From positions 87 to 64,086 of the forward strand of contig JAUREG010000006.1 in the NCBI GenBank assembly GCA_030827545.1: a stretch of DNA of 64,000 nucleotides, written 5' to 3'. The notes beneath the pieces were generated by a model, which ran no database searches, was not told the DNA's origin, and worked only from the letters and a program-made list of their open reading frames with translations. The position numbers and the translations under genes are program-made. Numbering within the stretch: the stretch's first letter is position 1; every line of letters starts with the position of its first letter. Positions 57,880-64,000 of the stretch are shown piece after piece. The stretch comes from Acidimicrobiales bacterium. GTDB lineage: Bacteria; Actinomycetota; Acidimicrobiia; Acidimicrobiales; Ilumatobacteraceae.

Positions 57880-60774
57880 TCAGACGCGCTCAACCTCTTT
57901 AAGGTCGTAAGTTTCGATTACGTCGCCCGGCTTCAAATCTTGGAAGTCAGTGAGGCTGATGCCGCACTCAAAACCTTCGCGAACTTCTTTGACGTCGTCT
58001 TTGAAGCGGCGCAGAGTGTTGATGTTGCCCTTCCAAATGATTGTGCCGTCGCGCAAGAATCGCACTCGCGAACCACGGGTGATTACACCAGAAACAACCG
58101 AACAACCTGCAACTGCACCAACTTTTGGCGCCTTGAAGATTTCGCGCACTTCGGCTTCGCCAGTGACAACTTCGACAAATTCTGGGGCGAGCATACCCTT
58201 CATCGCCTTCTCGATATCTTCGAGCAACTTGTAAATAATTTCGTAGGTGCGAATTTCGACGCCTTCTTTTTCGGCGAGTTCACGAATTTTGCGATCTGGT
58301 CGCACATTGAAGCCGATCAAAGTTGCATTTGTCGCTGCGGCCAAAGAAATGTCGTTTTCAGTGATCGTGCCAACACCTCGGTGCACGAATGCTGCACGCA
58401 CGTCATCGCGCTCGAGTTTGCGCAAACTCTCGGTGACTGCTTCAAGCGAACCGTGCACGTCAGCCTTGACGATTACGTTCAAAGTTGCAACTTCGCCCGC
58501 CTGAATCTGAGTGAAAATATCTTCGAGTTTCACACCGCGCTGAACTCGTGCGTCACCGCGCTGATTCATCGCCCTGAAACGCTGCTCACGAGCACCAGCA
58601 ACTGTTCGAGCGGTGCGCTCATCTGGCGCTGATCTGAATTCTTCACCCGCACCAGGCACAGCCGACAAACCTAAAACTTGTACTGGTGCCGACGGCCCAA
58701 CTTCTTTGACTTGCTCGCCACGGTCGTTAATCAATGCGCGTACTTTGCCCCACGCCGCACCAGCAACGATTGGGTCGCCGACTTTAAGCGTGCCCTTGTC
58801 AACCAAAATTGTGGCCACTGGTCCACGACCGACATCAAGTTGCGCTTCAAGCACAACGCCTTTAGCGCGACCCGTTGGGTTTGCTTTGAGTTCTTCAAGT
58901 TCAGCGACAACATTTAATTGATCAAGCAAATCGTCGATGCCAAGGCCGCTTTGTGCCGACATCTCAACAACAATCGTGTCGCCACCCCACGCTTCTGGTG
59001 TCAACTGCTGTTCAGCCAAACCAGCCAACACGCGTTGCACGTCGGCGTTTTGTTTATCGATCTTGTTCAGCGCGACCACAATTGGCACACCAGCAACACG
59101 AGCATGGTTAATCGCTTCAATTGTCTGTGGCATCACACCGTCATCAGCCGCAACAACAAGAACAACGATGTCAGTTACACCTGCACCACGCGCACGCATC
59201 TTGGTGAATGCTGCGTGACCTGGTGTGTCGATGAATGTGATTTTCTTTCCGTCTTTTTCAATTTGATACGCACCGATGTGCTGAGTAATACCGCCAGCCT
59301 CACCAGCAACAACATTTGCATTTCGAATTTTGTCGAGAAGCGTCGTCTTACCGTGGTCAACGTGACCCATGATCGTGATGATCGGTGGTCGTGTTGCTTG
59401 CAACTCTGGCGTGTCGTCGTCTGAGTCATCAAACATTGCCTGCAACTCGAGCTCTTCTTGTTGACCTGGGTCAACAAGCAAAATCTCTGCACCAATTTCA
59501 AGCGCGAATAATTCCATTTGTTCGTCGACAAGTGTCATCGTCGCAGTCACCATTTCGCCGTGCTCAAGCAAGAAGCGAACAACGTCAGCAGGTGTGCGAT
59601 TTAATTTCGGTGCAAACTCTTGTGACGAGCAACCGCGTTCGATTACAACAATGCCCTCTGGCGGCGGTGTCGCACTCGGTGTATAACTTGTCGGCGCTTG
59701 TGGTAACTGCTCGTCAAATTCGCGACGACGCTCACCACGAGTTTTTTTGCGAGGGCCACGGCGCTGACCGCCACCTGGTCCACGACCGGCACCTGGACGA
59801 CCACCCGGACCCGACGGACTGCTGCGACCAAGCGCTGTACCACGACCGCCTGTCGGCGCACCCGGACGCCCCGCACCTGGACCACGACCCGGCGCACCAC
59901 GATCTGGAGAAGTACGACCACCCGAACCAGCAGGACCACGACCAAGTTGCGACGCCGGAATTCGTCCCGTGCGTGCATTCGTTGAAGTTGTGCCAGTGCG
60001 TTGCGGCCCACGATTAAACGGCGGACGCGTCACGCCACCTTCTGGTCTTCGCGCAACCGGCGGCGGCGGAATTGGTCGCGATGAACCCGGCGGTGGCGGA
60101 ATTGGTCGCGAGCCCGGTGTACCAGGTCGCGCACCCGGAGTTGTCGGCTGTGTCGGTCGCGTCGGTTGTTGGGTCGGCGCACTTGCCGCTGGCGCTTGCG
60201 GTTGGGCCACTGGTCGAACTGGTTGTGGTTGCAAAGGTTGAATCGGTCGAGCAGGCGCCGGTCGCACTGCTGGTGCAGCATTCGTAACAATGCCAGGCCT
60301 ATTTGGCTGAGCGGATGAAACTACGCGACCCGCACCACCATCACCCTCGCGCGGCGCCATGTCATCGCCTTGCAAACCTGAAGTCGCTGCCGTCGTCGAA
60401 GTTTCAACCGAGTCAGTTGCAACGGCAACTGTTTCTGCGTCGTCATCTGCGCCAACTTTTTTCGCGGCGGCTTTCTTTGCGCCAGCAACTTTCTTGGCAC
60501 CTGCAACTTTTTTCGCGCCGGCAACTTTCTTGGCACCTGCAACTTTTTTCGCCGCCGCTTTTTTAACTGGCTTGTCCGAAACTTCTTCTGGCTGCGCATC
60601 GCGAATAAGACCTTCACGCTCGGCACGAGCACGAATGCGATCTGCTTGTGCGTCGATAACTGTCGACGATGGACCCTTTACGCCAATGCCAAGTTTTCCG
60701 CTGAGGTCAATGACCTCGGCGTTGGTCATTCCGAGTTCTTTAGCGATCTCGTGAACGCGTTTGGCTTTTGGCAA
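57880..60774 (-). CDS. infB: translation initiation factor IF-2
   Basis: (M)[16 protein letters not shown]-domain, a long Ala/Lys and Pro/Gly-rich linker, and the G domain [24 protein letters not shown] start 5 nt after the nusA stop. Confidence 0.96.
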   Translation of the reverse strand: MPKAKRVHEIAKELGMTNAEVIDLSGKLGIGVKGPSSTVIDAQADRIRARAEREGLIRDAQPEEVSDKPVKKAAAKKVAGAKKVAGAKKVAGAKKVAGAKKAAAKKVGADDDAETVAVATDSVETSTTAATSGLQGDDMAPREGDGGAGRVVSSAQPNRPGIVTNAAPAVRPAPARPIQPLQPQPVRPVAQPQAPAASAPTQQPTRPTQPTTPGARPGTPGSRPIPPPPGSSRPIPPPPVARRPEGGVTRPPFNRGPQRTGTTSTNARTGRIPASQLGRGPAGSGGRTSPDRGAPGRGPGAGRPGAPTGGRGTALGRSSPSGPGGRPGAGRGPGGGQRRGPRKKTRGERRREFDEQLPQAPTSYTPSATPPPEGIVVIERGCSSQEFAPKLNRTPADVVRFLLEHGEMVTATMTLVDEQMELFALEIGAEILLVDPGQQEELELQAMFDDSDDDTPELQATRPPIITIMGHVDHGKTTLLDKIRNANVVAGEAGGITQHIGAYQIEKDGKKITFIDTPGHAAFTKMRARGAGVTDIVVLVVAADDGVMPQTIEAINHARVAGVPIVVALNKIDKQNADVQRVLAGLAEQQLTPEAWGGDTIVVEMSAQSGLGIDDLLDQLNVVAELEELKANPTGRAKGVVLEAQLDVGRGPVATILVDKGTLKVGDPIVAGAAWGKVRALINDRGEQVKEVGPSAPVQVLGLSAVPGAGEEFRSAPDERTARTVAGAREQRFRAMNQRGDARVQRGVKLEDIFTQIQAGEVATLNVIVKADVHGSLEAVTESLRKLERDDVRAAFVHRGVGTITENDISLAAATNATLIGFNVRPDRKIRELAEKEGVEIRTYEIIYKLLEDIEKAMKGMLAPEFVEVVTGEAEVREIFKAPKVGAVAGCSVVSGVITRGSRVRFLRDGTIIWKGNINTLRRFKDDVKEVREGFECGISLTDFQDLKPGDVIETYDLKEVERV
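60058..60117 (-). repeat. in-frame 2 x 30-nt repeat in infB encoding [20 protein letters not shown]
   Basis: ggcggaattggtcgcga occurs at 60065-60081 and again at 60095-60111. Confidence 0.85.
60481..60552 (-). repeat. in-frame 4 x 18-nt tandem repeat in infB encoding (AKKVAG)4
   Basis: Two near-identical 36-nt units: gccagcaactttcttggcacctgcaacttttttcgc and gccggcaactttcttggcacctgcaacttttttcgc. Confidence 0.9.
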
Positions 60775-60779
60775 AGTGT

Positions 60780-61943
60780 TTAGCCTCTCGAATCTTCTGC
60801 AGCGCCACCTGATTGAGCAGCAACTTGTTCTTGACTAAGAATCGAACCGTCAGCCGCATGCCATTCCATTGCACCGGTTTCGATGTTCGTCTTCCACTCG
60901 CCTTCGGCATACATCGTTTCAGTTGTTGCAGCTTCTGCAGGTCGACGCACAACTGCGTTGCCTTCAGCAGCAGCTTCTGACTCGCTCTTAATGTCGATGC
61001 GCACACCTGTTAGACGAGCAGCAAGAGTTGCATTCACGCCCATCTTGCCAATTGCCAACGACAACTGAAAGTCAGGCACGATTACATCGGCTTGAGTTTC
61101 GTCTGGGCTCAGTCGAACTTCGCTGACCTTGGCTGGCGACATCGCTTTGGCGATGAAGTCACGCTTGTCTTCGCTGAACGGAATGATGTCAACTTTTTCG
61201 CCGCGCAATTCGTTTACAACCATGCGCACTCGACCACCACGAGCACCTACGCAGGCGCCAACAGGGTCAATCGCTTTATCGTTCGACCAAACTGCGATCT
61301 TTGTTCGTTGACCCGGTTCGCGAGCGCACGACTTGATTTCGACGATGCGATCGGCAATCTCCGGCACTTCCATTTCGAACAAACGCATGATCAAACCAGG
61401 GTGAGTTCGGCTGACAACAATCTGCGGGCCCTTCGGTGTGCGACGCACTTCAACGATGTATGCCTTCAAGCGAGCATTCGGCTCGCGGGTTTCGCCGAGC
61501 ACTTGCTCTGCTTGTGGCAACAACGCCTCAACGCGACCCAAATCAAGCAGCGTGTATCGAGTATCTGTCTTTTGAACAGTGCCCGAAACAATGTCGCCTT
61601 CGCGGTTGGCATATTCTTCGAACTTGCGCTCGCGCTCAACTTCACGAATTCTCTGGCTCATCACCTGACGGAAGGTCACAGCGGCAATTCGGCCCAATTC
61701 GTCTTTCTTCGGCGTGTCATCACGCTCGTTGATCCAGTTGCCGTCGTCATCAACGTCATATGCAGTGAAAGTGATGTCCATGTTGTCTGGGTTGATACCC
61801 ACGATCACTTCATCGGCTGCACCCTGACGCTTTTTGTAAGCAGTCGCCAACGCCTCGACAAGCACCTGCAACAGTGCGTCAATCGAAATACCTCGGTCTG
61901 CTGCGAGCATGCGCAGCGCTTCTGACATGTCCATGTTGCTCAT
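60780..61943 (-). CDS. nusA: transcription termination/antitermination factor NusA
   Basis: NusA N-terminal, S1 and two KH domains (GDIVSGTV; ACVGARGGRV), plus an acidic actinobacterial C-terminal extension. Overlaps the rimP stop. Confidence 0.95.
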   Translation of the reverse strand: MSNMDMSEALRMLAADRGISIDALLQVLVEALATAYKKRQGAADEVIVGINPDNMDITFTAYDVDDDGNWINERDDTPKKDELGRIAAVTFRQVMSQRIREVERERKFEEYANREGDIVSGTVQKTDTRYTLLDLGRVEALLPQAEQVLGETREPNARLKAYIVEVRRTPKGPQIVVSRTHPGLIMRLFEMEVPEIADRIVEIKSCAREPGQRTKIAVWSNDKAIDPVGACVGARGGRVRMVVNELRGEKVDIIPFSEDKRDFIAKAMSPAKVSEVRLSPDETQADVIVPDFQLSLAIGKMGVNATLAARLTGVRIDIKSESEAAAEGNAVVRRPAEAATTETMYAEGEWKTNIETGAMEWHAADGSILSQEQVAAQSGGAAEDSRG

Positions 61944-62527
61944 GATGCTTTCGCCTCCGTTGTGTTTTCAAACTTGTCTTTCGAATTCTTTTTCTTTGAG
62001 TGACGTGCATCTTCTTTTGATGTCGTCGCTAATTCAAAAACTGTTTTCGCGCGATCGATTTCAATATGTTTGATCGCAACTTCGACGCCGTCTTCTTTGC
62101 GCACGACGATTTGTTTGTCGTCAGCACTCGCAAGCACACCGTGCACTCGGCGCTCACCTGTCACATCATGTGGTGCTGTCAATCGCACGCTTACAACTTT
62201 GTTGATTTCGCGCTCAAAGTGTCGCGGCAATCGCAAGTTGCGCTCAAGACCCGGACTAGTCACTTCAAGTGTGTATCGACCAGGCACGGGCTCGGTGTGG
62301 TCGAACTCGCGTGAAACCAAACGGGTCAACAATCCGATCTTTTCGAGATCGACGCCAGCAGGCTTGCCGTTTTCGCCGATCAAACCTGGCTTTGTATCAA
62401 CGACAATACGCACTGTGCCGCTGACAAATTCGAGGTCATAAAGGTCAAGGCCGAGATCGCTAACGATTGGCGTGACAATTTCGCTGATGCGCGTAAGCAC
62501 TGCACTCTGCGTCGTAGTCTGCGTCAT
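61940..62527 (-). CDS. rimP: ribosome maturation factor RimP
   Basis: GLDLYDLEF...YTLEVTSPGLERNLR motif. 195 aa. RBS AAAGGAGAG. Confidence 0.9.
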   Translation of the reverse strand: MTQTTTQSAVLTRISEIVTPIVSDLGLDLYDLEFVSGTVRIVVDTKPGLIGENGKPAGVDLEKIGLLTRLVSREFDHTEPVPGRYTLEVTSPGLERNLRLPRHFEREINKVVSVRLTAPHDVTGERRVHGVLASADDKQIVVRKEDGVEVAIKHIEIDRAKTVFELATTSKEDARHSKKKNSKDKFENTTEAKAS

Positions 62528-62579
62528 TAGTTATCTCTCCTTTCTTGCAATAATCAATACAAAATCGCTATCAAATAGC

Positions 62580-62599
62580 CGTTTTGGCGAACCAAAACG
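62580..62599 (-). promoter_or_regulatory. second leader hairpin with UUCG tetraloop upstream of rimP
   Basis: Minus strand CGUUUUGG-UUCG-CCAAAACG (perfect 8 bp), followed by GCUAUUUGAU. It ends 53 nt upstream of the rimP ATG. Confidence 0.35.
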
Positions 62600-62608
62600 A
62601 CACCCGAT

Positions 62609-62643
62609 AGAGAACAAAAGGCGTGGGCCTAAACCCACGCCTT
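62609..62643 (-). terminator. intrinsic-terminator-like hairpin in the rimP-nusA-infB leader
   Basis: Minus strand reads AAGGCGUGGG-UUUAGG-CCCACGCCUU followed by UUGUUCUCU. 10-bp stem at 62618..62643. There is no U-tract on the plus strand. Confidence 0.5.
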
Positions 62644-62735
62644 CGGTTCGTAGAACTTTAAAGGTCATCTCAAGTATAGGGGTTTTAGTAAAGTTTTCGT
62701 GAGGCGCTATCCCGTGCGCAAGAGAGGTGAGCCCT

Positions 62736-64000
62736 GTGATTTTGCGTATGTCAACTATGTTTTTGCGGACATTACGCGATGATCCTGTCGACGCCGAAGT
62801 GCCAAGTCATCGCCTCTTAGTTCGCGCCGGATACATTCGTCGCGCAGCACCAGGCGGTTACACATGGTTGCCTCTTGGTTTGCGAACGTTGAATCGCGTC
62901 GAGACGATTATCCGCGAAGAAATGGATGCAATCGGCGCCCAAGAAGTGCACTTTCCGGCGATGTTGCCTCGCGAGCCTTATGAGACAACAGGTCGATGGA
63001 CAGATTACGGCCCGAATTTGTTTCGCTTACAAGATCGTCGCGGCGTCGATTATTTGCTCGGCCCGACACACGAAGAGATGTTCACGCTTCTCGTCAAAGA
63101 TCTCTACAGCAGTTACAAAGATTTACCACTCTGGCTTTATCAAATTCAAACAAAGTTTCGTGACGAGGCTCGCCCACGTGCAGGTTTGTTGCGCGGTCGC
63201 GAATTCTTGATGAAAGATTCTTACAGTTTCGACATTGATCAAGATGGTTTGCAACGCAGTTACGACGCACATCGCGCTGCATACTTGCGAACTTTCGATC
63301 GACTTGGTTTGCCATACGCAGTCGTCTCGGCGATGTCGGGTGCGATGGGTGGCTCAGCATCTGAAGAGTTTTTGTTTCCGTGCGAGTCGGGTGAAGACAC
63401 TTTCGTCAGTTGCACGAAGTGCGATTATGCGGCCAACACCGAAGCAGTTCGCGTCGGCGAACCTGCAAAGATCGACTTCGCCGGTTTTGCGGCTGCAGTC
63501 GTGCACGACACACCTGCGACACCAACAATTGCGACTCTTGTCGATTTGTTCAACTCTCGCGCCGATCTAAAACGCGGCGACCGTGCGTGGCACGCAGGCG
63601 ACACACTCAAAAATGTTGTCGTAAATTTGCACCACCCTGACGGCCGCATCGAGCCGCTCGCCGTTGGCGTGCCTGGTGATCGCGACGTCGACCTCAAGCG
63701 TCTCGAAGCACAAGTCGCACCGGCTGAAATCGTTGACTTCACCGAAGAAGACTTTGCCAAAAACAAAAATCTCGTCAAGGGTTACATCGGGCCGACGGCA
63801 CTCGGCGAAAAAAATGCGAGTGGCATTCGATATTTGCTCGATCGCAGCATTGCCATCGGCAGCGCGTGGATAACCGGCGCCAATGCGCCGGGTAGACACG
63901 TTGCCGGTCTCGTTTACGGCCGAGATTTTTCATGTGACGGCATTGTCGACGCTGCCGATGTGCGCGACGGCGACCCTTGCCCGAAGTGCAGCGCGAAACT
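62736..64000 (+). CDS. proS: proline--tRNA ligase, N-terminal ~421 codons (continues past window end)
   Basis: Absent from the ORF track because there is no stop in the window. Hand translation from GTG 62736 gives [36 protein letters not shown]...GPTHEEMFT...[39 protein letters not shown]. Alternative ATG at 62748. Confidence 0.92.
   Translation, partial: MILRMSTMFLRTLRDDPVDAEVPSHRLLVRAGYIRRAAPGGYTWLPLGLRTLNRVETIIREEMDAIGAQEVHFPAMLPREPYETTGRWTDYGPNLFRLQDRRGVDYLLGPTHEEMFTLLVKDLYSSYKDLPLWLYQIQTKFRDEARPRAGLLRGREFLMKDSYSFDIDQDGLQRSYDAHRAAYLRTFDRLGLPYAVVSAMSGAMGGSASEEFLFPCESGEDTFVSCTKCDYAANTEAVRVGEPAKIDFAGFAAAVVHDTPATPTIATLVDLFNSRADLKRGDRAWHAGDTLKNVVVNLHHPDGRIEPLAVGVPGDRDVDLKRLEAQVAPAEIVDFTEEDFAKNKNLVKGYIGPTALGEKNASGIRYLLDRSIAIGSAWITGANAPGRHVAGLVYGRDFSCDGIVDAADVRDGDPCPKCSAK

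Noticed and set aside
1-64000. Searched the whole window for mobile elements, prophage, toxin-antitoxin, restriction-modification or other defence modules, and for rRNA or CRISPR.
   Set aside because: Every ORF above 100 aa that is not a shadow ORF has a housekeeping or metabolic assignment, apart from the few small hypotheticals listed. There are no integrase, transposase or nuclease/helicase-type unknowns and no long repeats.

Overview
Dense, almost fully coding chromosomal segment: about 55 CDS and 1 tRNA. Most intergenic spacers are under 100 nt, with several 4-nt start/stop overlaps and convergent 3' overlaps. The host is inferred to be an actinobacterium. This rests on mycothiol synthase MshD, DUF3499, a PAC2-family protein, an Rv2466c-like DsbA-fold reductase, a BldD-like regulator, and lepA..rpsT-holA-comEC-comEA and rimP-nusA-infB synteny. 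GC looks mid-range by eye, so a streamlined lineage is likely. Content is core metabolism and information processing, in order: ppdK, ygfZ, trpE, hisH, nth, mshD, pepF, rlmN, a polyamine-type ABC importer, ald, murF/ddl, gltBD, then a TCA block (mitochondrial-type aconitase, LysR regulator, carboxyltransferase, citrate synthase, qor, type-II NADP-IDH). After that come acyl-CoA dehydrogenase, an alkylsulfatase-like MBL hydrolase, tRNA-Val, a PanB-like gene, hemW, the BldD-like gene, rsmE, dnaJ, hrcA, photolyase, an MFS transporter, lepA, rpsT, holA, comEC, comEA, a thioredoxin-TPR protein, an APH-family kinase, PAC2, an HDAC-family gene, the DsbA-like gene, infB, nusA, rimP and proS. I see no rRNA, CRISPR, transposase or integrase, prophage or recognisable defence island. 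I could not identify a clear novel multi-gene system, so this looks like an ordinary core region. The signals most worth follow-up are: (1) an unannotated 6C-like sRNA on the minus strand between acn and the LysR gene; (2) a BldD-like regulator that keeps the bipartite c-di-GMP motif; (3) terminator-like hairpins in the rimP-nusA-infB leader; (4) an opposite-strand membrane ORF between comEA and comEC; (5) degenerate tandem duplications of gene 3' ends that keep coding potential; (6) a natural CPWA variant of the Rv2466c-type reductase; (7) a tRNA-Val with C33. All calls rest on by-eye motif recognition. No searches were run.
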